Shown here: in pieces, positions 1 to 12,830 of the stretch
Position numbering within the stretch: the first letter of the stretch is position 1
Layout of the letters: each line of letters opens with the position of its first letter
NCBI GenBank assembly: GCA_038087875.1
Contig: CM075984.1
Span: 21,328,001 to 21,392,000 of the forward strand
From: Malacoraja senta
Taxonomy: Eukaryota
Direction: 5' to 3'
Length of the DNA: 64,000 bases
Notes under the pieces: generated by a model
Told to the model about the DNA's origin: nothing
Database searches by the model: none
What the model saw: the letters and a program-made list of their open reading frames with translations, nothing else
Translations under genes and position numbers: made by a program

Positions 1-164
1 TGGGCTGTGTGCAGTTTAATTGGAGCCAGGTATTGGGTGTTGAAAATGAAACTCTTAGATCAGATCAATTGTTCCAGCATCCAAGGTCAAAGACTGAAAA
101 ACTGGAATTTAAAAAATGAATTTGGGGTTTATCAGGAACTGAGAGAGGAAAGTAAATTGAGAGA

Positions 165-770
165 ATTTTCCTTAAGTGGTTAAAAAAGCTTTCGGCACAT
201 TGGCCTTCATCAGAGTATTGAATATAGGATTTGCAGTTATGCAAGATGTTGGTGGAGGCTACTTTTGGAGTATTGTGGTCAGTTTCGGGCAACATGTTAT
301 AGGAAAGATGTCAAGCTGGAAAAATTGCAGAGAAGATTTACAGGGACGTTGCCAGGACTTGAAGGCCTACGCTATAGGGAGAGGCGGAGGGTGAGTGGTG
401 ATCTTAGAGGTGTACAACATCATGAGAGGAATAGATTGGGTAAAAGCACAGTGTTTCTTGTCAAGAGTAGTGCACTCAAGCCCCAGGGGACATAGGTTTA
501 AGGTGGGGGGGGGGAAAGAGAGAGATTTAATAGACACCCAAGGGGTAACTTTATTTACACAAAGTATGGGTGTATGGAACGAGACGTCAGAGAAGGTAGT
601 TGAGGCAGGTACTATCGCAATGTTTAAGTGACATTTGGACAGGTACATGGATAGGACAGGTTTAGAGGGATATGGGCCAATCGCAGGCAGGTGGGACTAG
701 CATAGATGGGTCATGTTGGTCGGTGTGGGCAAACCCGAAGGGCCTGTTTCCATGCTGTATGACTATGATT
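165..770 (+). mobile_element. CR1 (HER1-like) LINE 3' fragment
   Basis: VKKAFG, LEYC, QRRFT and GDL remnants, followed by the 3' tail GGGCCTGTTTCCATGCTGTATGACT. Confidence 0.88.
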
Positions 771-1557
771 CTAGGAGAGAAGTGGATGGACAGCAATACA
801 AAATGGTGAGTGATGAATGTCTGGGTGAATTGAGATCAAAGGATGGCCTTCAATATGGACAGTTTGGTCATCAAACGATGAATTTGGTGCACACTGTGAA
901 TTATTGAAATAGCTGAAATCAATGAGAATGGAATGTTACCTTGCGCAGCAGCTGAGATGGGGAATCGTGGTAAGAATTTATATGGTGCATGGTTGAGCAT
1001 CAGAGGATAAGGATTTAAAATGAGATGAGAGCTACGGAATAAGACTTGGATATTGAAAGAAGGTGCCGGAGGAGTATGGGAACAACACTGATTTGATGAT
1101 AGCCTTGTGTCGTCTATAATTTGAGGTGGACACTATACCATAGCCTAGGCACATTCTATAACTACACAGGAATACTGAAATTAAAGGGGAGATGTACCTC
1201 GGATGTCTTCATGAAAAGCCAATATAAATGGAAATAAGCTCATGATTGATTAGAGACTAGACATTCTGGAGCAATATATGAAGAGGGGTGGTGTTATCTG
1301 AATTAATGTCCTTTGGGTCTGCAACCTTCTGGAATAAGCATAGAAACGATGGGATCATCATACCCTGTGCCTATTCTACACTACCTCTGAGTCAGGACTT
1401 ACAGTATCATTGTGTATTGTGTTGCATTGGTCAAATTGGAATATTGTGGCTAACTATTTAATGCATCTTATTGTTTTACACTGGCAAAATGAAGATATGC
1501 TTATTTTTTTAGAAGCTGAAAGTCAACTGAGCTGCAGTCAACAAGCTTAAATTAAAT

Positions 1558-1795
1558 AGACAAGGATCTGCAGATTCCTGAAATCTAAGGCAAAAAAAAA
1601 GAAGAAGTACCACAGCAACTCTGTGGGTCAGGCAGCACCTCTGGAAATCATGGATAGGTGAAGTTCTTCAGACTGTCTGAAAAAGGGTCTCGACCTGTTA
1701 TGCTGCCTGTTCATGTCTTCTAGAGATGCTGCCCGACCCATTGAGTTAATCCAGCACTTTGTTTTTCCCCCTAAATTTCAGCATTTGCAGTTCTT
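1558..1795. repeat. Fold-back Penelope-derived repeat
   Basis: Inverted arms centred at about 1673 (TTCAGACTGTCTGAA). Confidence 0.75.
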
Positions 1796-3473
1796 TGAGT
1801 ACTTTAATTTATGCTTGTTTTTCTTTTCCGCATTTTATTACAATTCCCTATTCATTTCACCTCTTCGCTAATATATTGATCTATTTTCCTTCCCCCCCCC
1901 CCCCCCCCCCCCAAAAGCAGCAATGTGCAGGAGTAGAGCTTTATTGGTGGAAATGTTATTCTACTTGTCTTACAGGATACATTGGTAAGAAATTAAATGT
2001 AGAAGTAACGCGAGCTGCAGATCACGGGCAGCCAGTACATATGTTTTTATAGCTTTAATTTCATAGCTTTAAATAGGAGGCAGCCTTTCTATGGTAGATC
2101 TAAGCGCCTTGCTCACATCCCTCCACTTATTTTCCTGTAACCTATCCTCCCTCTCATGCTCATTAATACCCCAGAGTCGCTGAACAATCACAAACACTTG
2201 GGCTAGCTTACAGTAGCCAATTAATCTATAAAATCTGAAGAAAGGTCCCGACCTCGAAAGTTGCCTAACTGAGTTCTTCCAGTGACTTCAGTTTCTTGTC
2301 TCTCCAATCTAACAACAAACATGTACAGTCACCTAGGATAAACACAAGGTGTAACTCAGTGTGTCAGGCAGCATATGTGGAGAAAATGGATAAGTGACAT
2401 TTTGGGTTGGAACGGAACCCTTCATAGATTCTGTTTTACATTTTGCGCTGGGGGTTACAGGCGTAATATAAGTAGCGTAAATTAAACCTATACCCGACTA
2501 TGCTATTAGCAGTAAATTTGAGTGACCTATTCCAAAAATACAAACGTGTAAATCAAGTTTTGGTATTAAAGGAACAAGCACATTATTTCAAAGACACAAA
2601 TTAAACACACGTAAAACGCAAAGTGCCTGTATTTAGGATGTAGGTGGAAACTAGAGCACCTGGGGAACATCGACACAGTTATAGGACTATTGTGCAAACC
2701 CCATACACATCTTCACCACAAGTGCTGAGATTGCCCCACTATCTGCAGAAAGTGCTGCGTCAAAGGTGGTTATTGAAAATAAGAGGTTGGTGTAAGCGTA
2801 ACTTTGTGAATAGAGTTACGCCAGCATTTTTTGTCTTTCTGTAACTAGATCACTGACAAACGACATACGCTAGTCTTTCTAGTTACCAAGGGGTTGCAGG
2901 AGATGATGCTGGAATCTCAACAACTTGGCATAAAGGTGCTATAAGTGTGTTTGCTGAATTTGCTGATGACAAAAAAGTAGGAGAGTTAATTGTGAAGAGA
3001 ATGCTATGAAGCTGCAAAGATAATTGAATAGGTTACGTGAATTGGCAAATCATCCCATCTGGCATGAGTATAATTGGGGGGGGGGGGGGGGATTTCGACA
3101 GGATGGTTGTGGAAAGGATTTTTGTATGTGGTAGAATCCAGCCTGGGATCACAATTTTAAAAATGTCCCTATGTAAGACTGGAATGAGGATATTTGCTTC
3201 CCAAAGAGTTGAGTCATACAGCGTGGAAACGGGCCCTTGGCCCAACTTGCCCTCGCTGACCAACATCCCACCTACACTAGTCCCACCTGCTTTTGGCCCA
3301 TATCCCTCTAAACCTATCCTTTCTGAATAAATATTTAAATGTCTAAATGTTTCTTAAACGCTGCGATAGTTCCTCACTTAACTACCTCCTCTGGCAGCTT
3401 GTTCCATACACCCAAGAGTCTTTAAAGCTCCTTCCTTGGGCTGTGGAAGCAAATTCTTGACTATGTTTTAGAG

Positions 3474-4077
3474 CAGGGGTCGGCAACCTACGGCCCACAG
3501 GCTGGATCCGGCCCATAACCCGAAATCATCTGGCCGCGTGTTTTTCTTCCCCCAATTTAGTTTTCGTGACCTGGATGCTACAGCCAGTCCCGGGCTACAC
3601 AAGCGACTGGAGAACTGCAGCCAGTCCCGGGGCTCGCAGGCAACCTGCAAATTGCAACTAGACCCGGGGCTCGCAGGCAACCTGGGAATTGCAACTAGAC
3701 CCGGGGCTCGCAGGCGACCTGGGCGCTAAACCTAGTCCTGGGGCAGGCAACCTGGGCGCTACAGCCAGTCCCGGGGCAAGCAGGCGACCTGGGAACTGCA
3801 GCTAGTCCTGGGGACGTGAGGGATCTGGGAACTGCAGAAAACAAATTGGAAAAACACGTGAAAACTAATGGGAAAAACAACACTGTGTCACACTAGTTCA
3901 TATGTATTATTAGTATGTATTTTTTACTAATTTATGTATTATTAGTATGTATTATTACTAATTTAGTTAGTATATATTCTTATTACCTCTATTTATTAAC
4001 TGGCGATAGATGTGGCCCGCCATCCGCTCACAGACATGGGTCTTGGCCCCTATGCAGAACAAGGTTGCCGACCCCTG
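3474..4077. mobile_element. Non-autonomous hAT (Charlie-like) MITE
   Basis: Perfect 16-bp TIR CAGGGGTCGGCAACCT / AGGTTGCCGACCCCTG; perfect 8-bp TSD TTTTAGAG (3466-3473, 4078-4085). Confidence 0.92.
3570..3836. repeat. About 37-bp GC-rich minisatellite inside the hAT MITE
   Basis: About 7 degenerate units of AGCCAGTCCCGGGGCTCGCAGGCAACCTGGGAACTGC. Confidence 0.85.
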
Positions 4078-4494
4078 TTTTAGAGGCAGAGATAAGTAAG
4101 GGATGAAAGGTTACTACCCCATAGTTATGTAGCCCATTAGGTTTATTAGTGGCTGGTGTGCCAGCTTGCTTCTGATGTTTTTCAAAACTTAGTAACATTT
4201 GTCTCCCAAATTCTTATTTATGGAGACATTGGTTTTGTAACCATGATAAATTATTATTTGGCAATCGGTGATGGTTGTGGAGTCACCCAGAAAACTCGTG
4301 TACTTTTTGACATAACTTCAGAAGATATGAAGTTTTTTTCATTCTAAATAGGTACTTGGAAACTTACTTGGAATAACCCTAACTGCTTTCAACATAAATA
4401 GGGCAGTAAGTTTGACCTGTTTCCTGTGAAGGTAATGGAATTTTTTTTGTGTGCAGATATACTATCATTTCTCAAATCTTTCGAAACGTAGACG

Positions 4495-4650
4495 GTTAAG
4501 GGGCGGTGGTTAGGTTCCCCAGCAATCAGTGCCAATGCAAACGTCATCCATGATTTTTTTTTTTTTGTCTCTACTTGCCCGTGGCTGATTGTGACTCTGC
4601 CGCTTTTGGTATAATACATCCTGTTGCTTAAGCCAGAAGGCTGCAGTAAG
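4495..4650 (+). promoter_or_regulatory. Candidate intronic promoter of TSC22D2
   Basis: GC box GGGGCGG 4500-4506, CCAAT 4532-4536, CRE half-site ACGTCA 4541-4546 and TATAATA 4610-4616, in promoter-like order within an island lacking recognisable repeats. Confidence 0.4.
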
Positions 4651-4713
4651 CATTAACAGACGACATTTGATGTTCTCGCTCAGTTAGTTTTAGTTTGTTC
4701 TTCAGAATTACCC

Positions 4714-4772
4714 ATGTCTCTAAAAGTGACTTGTCAGAGATATTCGTGTGAAATTAAAAGGCAAACTGTGCG
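4714..4772 (+). CDS. TSC22D2: Candidate alternative first coding exon of TSC22D2 (short isoform, MSLKVTCQRYSCEIKRQTV-R)
   Basis: ATG at 4714, 19 codons plus 2 nt, consensus donor CG|GTAAGT (GT at 4773); phase 2 matches the 12831 exon; preceded by promoter-like motifs. No transcript evidence available. Confidence 0.5.
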
Positions 4773-5049
4773 GTAAGTGTTTGTTATTATGGGGGTTTAG
4801 AGCAGGATTTCAATTGCTATGACCTACGCATAAAGATCTCTTGCACTTGTGTCTTAGCAGTGTCGATCAACTTTTTGTTATTACAGCATTGCGCTTAATT
4901 TGATCAGTGAAATAGTTTGGTTTATAATGATATCATTTTTTTAAAGCAATTAAATAGCACAGGAAGTGAAAGCTACTTCATAACAGGGTGCATAAACGAT
5001 ACTATGTAAAACGCCAGATAAAATTAATTTGTCAAATTGTTTCTTGTAA

Positions 5050-5820
5050 TAGTCATACAGCGTGGAAACAGGCCCTTCAGCCCAACTTTCCCATGCCGAC
5101 CAACATACCCCATCTACATTAGTGCCACCTGCCTGCGTTTGGCCCATATCCCTCTAAACTTATCCTATCCATGTACCTGTCTAAATGTTTCTTAAACGTG
5201 ATTGTACCTGCCTCAACTACCTCCAGCACCACGTTCCATATACCTACCTCCCTTTGTGTAAAAAAAAAAGCAGTCCCTCAGGTTCCTATTAAATCTTTCC
5301 CTCCTCACCATGTTGTCTGGTTCGCGATTCCCCTACTCTGGGTAAAAGACTGCGTTTACCCTATCTATTCCTCTCATGATCTAAAGGGCCTGTCCCACTT
5401 GCCGATTTTTTTCGGCGACTGCCAGCATCATTGACTGACGTATCAGGTCTCCGACAAAGATGCGGCGGTGACATATGACGCGCAGTATTTTTTCAAGTGT
5501 CGCAACATTTTTTTTGTCGCCGCTGGATTTTAAAATGTTCAAAATCTTTTGGCGACACTAACATGACGCCGGCAGTCGCCGAAAAAATCGCCAAGAGGGA
5601 CAGGCCCTTTATGCACCTCTATAAGATCACGCCTCATCCTCCTGCGCTCCAAGGAATAGAGTGCCTACTCCCAGCCTACTCAACCTCTCCCTCTAGTCCT
5701 GGCAACTTCCCGTAAATCTTTTCTGTACCCGTTCCAGCTCAACATCTTTCCTACAACAGGCTGACCAAAACCAAATGCAATACTCTAAAGGTGCCCTCAC
5801 CAAAGTCTTGTACAACTGTG
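5050..5820 (-). mobile_element. CR1 LINE 3' fragment interrupted by a Harbinger MITE
   Basis: Reverse complement of the same CR1 3' end seen at 165-770. Confidence 0.85.
5385..5608. mobile_element. PIF/Harbinger-type MITE, copy 1
   Basis: TIR AGGGCCTGTCCC...GGGACAGGCCCT, flanked by TAA/TTA; interrupts a CR1 3' fragment. Confidence 0.88.
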
Positions 5821-6264
5821 GGTGGGGTGGGAGGGAGGAGAGAAATTGGTGCGGCCAGGTGGGACAGAGGAGAGGGTGGATTGTTTATACAGGGGAGGGG
5901 AGGGTGTAGGTGTTGGAGAGTAGCGATAAGTGTGTTTGAAGAGATGAGAATGGGGGCAGTTAGCCAAGGGTTCCAGAGTGTTTGTGAAAGATGACTGGCT
6001 ACAGGAGAATTGTGAATATTTGAATAAATCAGTGTATCTATAAATAAATGCACAACTTTACAGAAACACTTTAGTGCAGTTAATTATTTTCTGAGATGGT
6101 AAATTAAACATTTTTGCTCGAGCACCTAGATTTTATTTTATATTTGCACTGCCACAGGTTTCAGGATGCTGGTGTGTCATCCACTCGCATCTATATTTGA
6201 ACGAGGTAGCTGGGCTTCACTTGGACAATGGACAATGGTTTTGGCTATTACAAATCTCTCTGTG

Positions 6265-6520
6265 CGGTTTAGTTTAGAGATACAGCGTGGAAACGGGCCC
6301 TTTGGGCGATTCCTGTACACTAGCACTATCCTACACACTCGGGACAATCTTTACCACAGCCAATTAACCTAGAAACTTGTACGTCTTTGGTATTTGTGAG
6401 GAAACCGGAGCACCTGCAGAAAACCCCCGTGGTCAAGGGGAGAACGTACAAACTGCGTACAGACTAGCACCCATAGTCAGGATTGAACCCGGGTCGCTGT
6501 GACTTATTAACTGTGCCGCC
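6265..6520 (-). mobile_element. HE1-like SINE
   Basis: Reverse complement of the same SINE consensus. Confidence 0.8.
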
Positions 6521-7289
6521 TCAATGATTGCCAAAACAAAAATCATCACAGACTGTGCCCTAAATTTTGTCACTGGACATATAGCCGACGAGATGAATGT
6601 ATTGAATAGGATTTCGAGTGATCTCTGTACCTGTTTGCATAAAGGAAACAAGCGAGTTCAACTGCATTTGTCAGATGCATTTTATTTCTGATACTGAGGA
6701 TGAATGAACAATCTTGTGGTTTCAATTTCATTTTCAATGTAAAAGAAAAATGAATTTCACAGCTGTTGAATTATTTGCACATTATTTTAAACTATTCTGA
6801 TTTGCAAGTTTCTGTAGTCAAAATGTAAGTGTAATATTTGAACCTGGCACTTATGTTTTTTCAGTGCTTTTTCCGGTGATTTTTCTAGGAATTCCCTAGG
6901 AATTGAAATCACTGTCTCACTTCCTTTTTATTTTGTACTTTGGACATTCCTCCTTCAACATTACAGGCCAGCGACCTGCACCTACATTTCGCCCACTGCC
7001 TCGATTTGCGGGATACTGATCTCATTGCCTGCTGTCATTCAGGGTTTTTTAAATATTTCCAGATGTGCTTATCACTGCACATATTTCCAGATGTGCCAAC
7101 ATTGTTTAACTGTCCCCATTCTTCCTTAAGGTGGTTTTGGGTCACCTTGAATTATTACCCTCTTGTGGAAGGTACTTCCTCAGTGCCAATGGGAAAGGAA
7201 ATTATGGATTTCGACAGTTACAATAAAGTGATATATTTCCAAGTTAGGATGGTGTCAAGGTTTGAAGAGCACCTCGATATTTATGATGT

Positions 7290-7705
7290 TGCCAGGCCTT
7301 GAGGGCCTGATCTATGGGACGAAGTTGGGCAGGCTGACACTTTATTCCTTGGAGGCTAAGGGTGATCTTTTTGAGGTGTAATAGATCATGAACGGAAGCG
7401 CTTCATAGGGTGAATGCACAGTCAAAATCTAAACCAGAGGATATTGGTTTAAGGTGAGAGAGGAAAGATTTAATCGGAACTTGAGGGGCAACGTTATCAC
7501 AGAGTGGTGAGTATATGGAGCGAGTTGCCAGAGGTAGTTGAGGTAGGTATACCTTTTAAGATATTTAGTCAGGTACATAGATAGGAAAGGTTTAGAGGCA
7601 TAAGGGGGAAAAGCAGACAAGTGGGTCTAGCTTAGATAGGCATCTCGGTCAGCATGGGCAGGTTGGGCCAAAAGGCCTGTTTCTGTGCTCTGTCTCCGTG
7701 ACCCT
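7290..7705 (+). mobile_element. CR1 LINE 3' fragment
   Basis: Similar to 340-770, ending in GGCCTGTTTCTGTGCT. Confidence 0.8.
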
Positions 7706-7759
7706 ATGCCCTGCATGTTCCCATATATGCTTTCTGCCCTTGCCCTTTGTGACTGAGGA

Positions 7760-9240
7760 TACAGTTTTGGGAGTTGTATTTACAGTGGCTGTGACAAGTA
7801 ACTGCCTGATAGCTGCAGCAGGTCTTAATGGAGGGAACTACTGATTACTGAGTAGGATGGCAGTCAAGCAGTCTGCTTTCTTTTGAGTGGTGTTGATCTA
7901 CCTGTGTGGTTGGTGTTCGACGCTACAGCAAGAGGCAAGAGGAGAGTATTTGTGATGTGGCTTAAGATGGTGGAATCTGTCCAATGGCACATGTAACGCT
8001 TGGCCTTCTATGTTATGAGGAGATATGATTTTAAATTAATGAGTCAATGGGCACATGAGAGAAATAGTTTACAGGGAAATAAGTAGATACATGGGATAGA
8101 TTTGACTCTTGGCACATGAAGTGATTGACCTGTGTAATGAGGAAATACGATTTTTAATTATCCTCATATCCCCTGCAAATATCTAATTATCTCCTGCAAA
8201 ATGTTGTGGGGTACCAGGTGTGGGTGGTCTGCTCCAGGATGCCCATCCACTGAAGAACTCTTGTGGCAACATTATTTAAGTATCGATTCACATTTGGTCA
8301 TGTAAACACAGTATATTAATTGCTTAGGACTCGGCAATGGTATCGCTGTTGAATATCAAGTGTCTACAGTTAGAATTCTGTTGGCAATGGTCATTGAGTG
8401 GCATTTGAGTACCAATATTACTTGCCACTTACCATTCCATGCTGCATGTCTGTAAGGAATAGTTCATTTGCTGAGGAGTTGCAAATGAAATTGAACAGCA
8501 GACTCATCAGTGAATATCCTCTCTTGCAACTGCAGATGGTTGGGCAGAGACCAGGAGGCATGGATGATTGACTTCCAGAAACCACAACCATCTTCCTTTA
8601 GGAGATATATGACTCTGACTATTGGAGGTTTTTCACCTGGATGCTTATCACTGGGGTTTTGTTGCCATTCTAGGTCAAACGTTCTAAAGGAAAGTCACTC
8701 AATTCCCTTTGGAATTTGCCTCTGGTCTACGTTTTCTAGCAGTGTCACTGATATCGTTGTTGATTTGCTGATGATTGAGTAGATTAATTAGAGCGGCAAC
8801 TAGCAGGATTGCATTTGTCCTTTTATGCCCAGCAGTGTGGGCAATCTTCCATATTGTTCGGTGGTTGCCAGTATTCTAACTGTTACAAGAAGAGGTTGGT
8901 TAGAAGCAGATCTTCAGCACGTGTTGTTTTCTAATCTTGTAACCTCTTGTCTAATTCTCATCTAATCGTGAAACGTATTGAATTGGCTAAAGATTAATGT
9001 GATGGTGGGAATCTGAGGAAGCAGAGATGGATCATTGGACAGCAGCTAAATATTTTTATGAAAATGGCTTACATGATGAATGTCTGTCATTTTAAAGGAT
9101 GGGGTATTCATGGAATCTTTGCCTGTTAATGTCTGCTGCCTTTCATGCCTCGCCTTTGAACTCATTTGTTATGTGATTTCTTAGCTCTTTAAATTGCATG
9201 CTAATTTTGCTTTTTTAGCAACTAGTCCTGTGTTGCAGCC
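7760..9240 (-). mobile_element. Ancient, highly decayed CR1-like LINE remnant
   Basis: Minus-strand ATATTCACTGATGA (FADD-like) at about 8505-8518 and scattered RT-like patches; no long ORF. Confidence 0.45.
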
Positions 9241-9261
9241 CTGTACATAGCACGAATAAGG

Positions 9262-9552
9262 GTAGCACATTGGAGTAGCTGGTAGATCTGCCTCACAGGG
9301 CCAGAGTCATGGGTTCGATCCTCTTGCTGTATGTGGAGTTTGCACATTCTTCCTGTGATCACGTGGGTTTCCTCCCACATCTGAAGACTTGTGGGTTTGT
9401 AGGTTACTTGACCTCTGTAAATTGCCCCTCATGTCTAGGGAGTGGATTAGAAAGTGTGGCAATATGGAACTAGTGTGAAGAGGTGATCGATGGTCAGCGT
9501 GGACTGAGTGGGCAGAAGGGACGGTTTCCATATTGTATCTTTAAAGTAAGTT
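9262..9552 (+). mobile_element. HE1-like SINE
   Basis: B box GGTTCGATCC, core GGAGTTTGCACATTCT, CR1-like tail. Confidence 0.82.
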
Positions 9553-9974
9553 AAACTATTAACGTGACCTATTGTGCTCTTGGAATCAAGGCTAATCTGC
9601 TGCTGTGATTATAACAGCAGTCCAGATTATCCTCACTGCAGATATGTATGACGGAATGCATTTCTGCTGTTTATTGTTGATGGAACCTCAGATGTCCAGA
9701 CTTGCTCTGTTCGAACTACCAGAGTCCATCCCAATTAACACAATTATAGTTCTGCCCAACACAGTCGTGCAAGGATGGAACTGAGGTTGTCCAATGGTCA
9801 CGTTTACCAGCGCTGTTATGGATAGGTAACATGATCAAGTTGGTTTGCTGTAAGTCGGCCACAGATCTCTTATCAGCTAAGTTCTTTAAATGAGTGTTTA
9901 AAGATTCTGTGGGCAAACCTTGACCTCTTACCATCAATGTTCTGGGAACCCAAGTGCAAATGCCAGTTTACAAA

Positions 9975-10162
9975 TGACAGTGCTGGAATAACACAGTGAG
10001 TCAGGCAGCATTTCTGGAGAACATGGATAGGCAACATTTTGTAGGGGGGGAGAAAGCCTACCACAAACATTCTGAAGAATGATCCTGACCAGAAACATCA
10101 CCTATCCATGCATCATCTGAGATGCTGCCTGACCCGCTGAGTCACTCCAGCACTTTGTGTCA
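9975..10162. repeat. Fold-back Penelope-derived repeat
   Basis: GTGCTGGAATAAC...CAGGCAGCAT / ATGCTGCCTG...CTCCAGCAC. Confidence 0.75.
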
Positions 10163-11719
10163 GTGTTGTCTCGACTAGTAAAATTAGTAATTGGATGATA
10201 AGGCACAGTGTCATATAAATGTGAAGCTTTATCCACCTGTCTTTGAAAGTAACTATTGAATCTACTTCCCCTACAGACCAGGATGAAACGGTGCAGTGTT
10301 ATTTCCTCTTTACCCTAATTACTTTGCCCATCATATGATCATCTTTTTTTTAAAATGTAGAATGGTTATGAGGAATATCTGCCTCTATAATCTCTTAAAA
10401 TCGAATATCCGGTGTTGTGAGTCACAGCAGAGGTTATTTTTTCCAAAGCGTTGCTATCTTTGGGGCATGCTTGAACTTGGCTTTGTAATTATTCTCACAT
10501 CTAGATTTTATATGGCAGGATAAGATGCTGATAGGATGTTGAGGGTGAGTACGAGTCAAAAGTAGAGAGAAAAGACTGACACAAGCTTAGATTCTTAGCA
10601 TTTCAGTTTTTTGCTTGAAATGATTTCAGTCAGAATGAGCAATATTAAAAGGAAGCCTGGAGACACAAGAAAGTACAGATGCTGGAATCTTGAGCAAAAA
10701 TCTTGAGCACGACTCAGCAGCATGAGAATTGAATGGAAGATACCTTTCACTTCATTTAGCCTCTGCATCCAGCATAGCATCTTTCGTTTCCACTAGGTCC
10801 AAAAGCATCACAGTCTACTGCATTCTGCACTTATGATGTGGATTATTTACACCAGCGAGATCTAGCACAGTCCAGGCATCCATTTTGAAGAGCGTCCATG
10901 GTGGCCATTTTGTGCAATCGTTCTAACTCCTCTTCCCACACCAACCTGTCTGTCCTTGGCTTTAGCCACTGCCAGAGTATGGCCATGTGCAAACTAGAAG
11001 AACAATACCTCCTTCTACTTGTGGAACTTGCAACTGTGGTATAAACAATATTTTCCAATTTCAGGCAACCCACACCCAAAGTGTTCCTTTCCCACTCCCA
11101 CCAGCACACTCCTGTTCTCATTTTCCAATCCCTTATTTCATAAGACCATCAGACAGGAGCAGAATTAGGCCAATCGACCCATTGAGTCTGACCAACCATT
11201 CGATCATGGTTGATCTACTTTTCCCTCAACGTATTCTCCTGCCTTCTTCCCATAACCTTTGACGGCCTTACTAATCAAGAACCTATTCATCTCTGATTTT
11301 TTTTTAAAACCCAATGACTTGGCCGCTGCAGTCATCTATGGCAATGCATTCCATGGATTCACCACCCTCTGGCTAAAGAAATTCCTCCATCTTCATTATT
11401 TTCTTCTCTTGCCCACTACATTTCCCCAAATGATTACCCTACCCTTGCTCATCCCATCTGCCCATCACCCACATGCCTATTTATCTCGGTTTCTTCCTTA
11501 TTTCATCTTCCCTATCCTCTCCCCTTTCTCCCCTTGTCCTATCTACCAATCATCCCTTCTGATCTGGGTTCTTACCAGCCTCTATCTTGCCTCTCCCTCT
11601 CTTTTCCCTCCACTCTGTCCTGGTGCAGGTTCTCGACTTGAAACATGAACCATCCCTTTGATTCCATGGATGCCTCTCGACCTGCTGAGCTCCTCCAGCA
11701 GTTATTTTTTTTGTTTCAA

Positions 11720-12155
11720 ACGGAGCCTAAGCGCATTTCCAGGGTCCTCTCCTCCTCCACCCCTCAGTATATGTTGCAACGAAACAAAAGTAGCAGGAGC
11801 CACAGCCTCAATACAGTCATTTCATGTGAGGCAGTTCACTTGCACCACCTCCAACCTCCGCTACTGTATCCATGTTCTCGGTGTGAGCTCCTATATCTCA
11901 ACGAGATCAACCGCAGACTGGGCGATCGTCTTGTTGAACGCTTACACTCAGTCTGCCTTGCCCTACGTTATCTCCTGGTTCCCAAACATTTTTAACTCCC
12001 CTTCCCATTCCCATACTGAGCGTACGGTCCTGGGCCTTCTCCACTATCAGAGTGGGACCACACACAAATTGGAGGAACAGCACCTCATATTTCACTTGGG
12101 CGGCTTACAACCCAGCAGTATGAATATTGATTTCTCTAATTTCAAGTAATCCCTG
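11720..12155 (+). mobile_element. Penelope GIY-YIG fragment
   Basis: SFHVRQFTCTTSNLRYCI...KLEEQHLIFHLGGLQPSSMNIDFSNFK; further pieces at about 10900-11065 and 11400-11700. Confidence 0.85.
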
Positions 12156-12533
12156 CCTTATTTCAGACTGGAATGTATATTTCTTCCCAAATTTAAATTT
12201 GTAACCCAGGTTTGCTTTAATATGCATGAAGATCTGGAAGTTATTTTGAGGTAATAATATTGTGACATAGCACTTTGCTTTGGTATAGGTATAATACATG
12301 TTGCTGTCAAATTGTTCCTTGTATTTCTCAATCTTTCATTGGAAAGGTGAGCTCATATTACTGAGAATGTCGAATTTCCAATGAATTGTAAACAAATCGC
12401 TGAAAATTTGCATCGCCATTAAAAAAGGGCTTAAAGGTTACACTGCATTTTTTTTTTTAAACACCGTTTTCAATATTATCTGAGGGTCTGCACCAGTAAT
12501 GGAATGTTAAATCAAGTTTGTGCTCAGATTTGT

Positions 12534-12580
12534 CATGAGAAATGTAAAATCATGAGAAATGTAAAATCATGAGAAATGTA
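12534..12580. repeat. 17-bp tandem repeat
   Basis: CATGAGAAATGTAAAAT repeated about 2.7 times. Confidence 0.85.
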
Positions 12581-12830
12581 GGGATTTGATCAGTGCGCAG
12601 AAGTTTGAATGAAGCTGTTGGGAGAAATGTATTGAAACTGTTTTCTAAATCTAGTTCTCGCTGTGCTTCAGTGTTAACTGTCAATCGTGTGGCTTTCAAA
12701 TCTACACCAGCAGTGTTATACCAGCCTCTGGTTTTTGCAACATTGCATACAGTAAAGGTTTGGTGGTTCATTTGAAAGTTTCTGAAAAGAGTACACGTTG
12801 TAATCATGGTGCACTTTGTTTGTGTTACAG

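Noticed and set aside
4646-4705. 60-nt mini-intron (GCA|GTAAGC to TTCAG) in the candidate TSC22D2 leader
   Set aside because: Shorter than typical vertebrate introns and would leave almost no first exon after the TATA-like box; not supportable without reads.
12593-12775. ORF upstream of TSC22D2 exon 2 as a possible cassette exon
   Set aside because: Only vague resemblance to a recalled mammalian alternative exon and no convincing splice-site pair.
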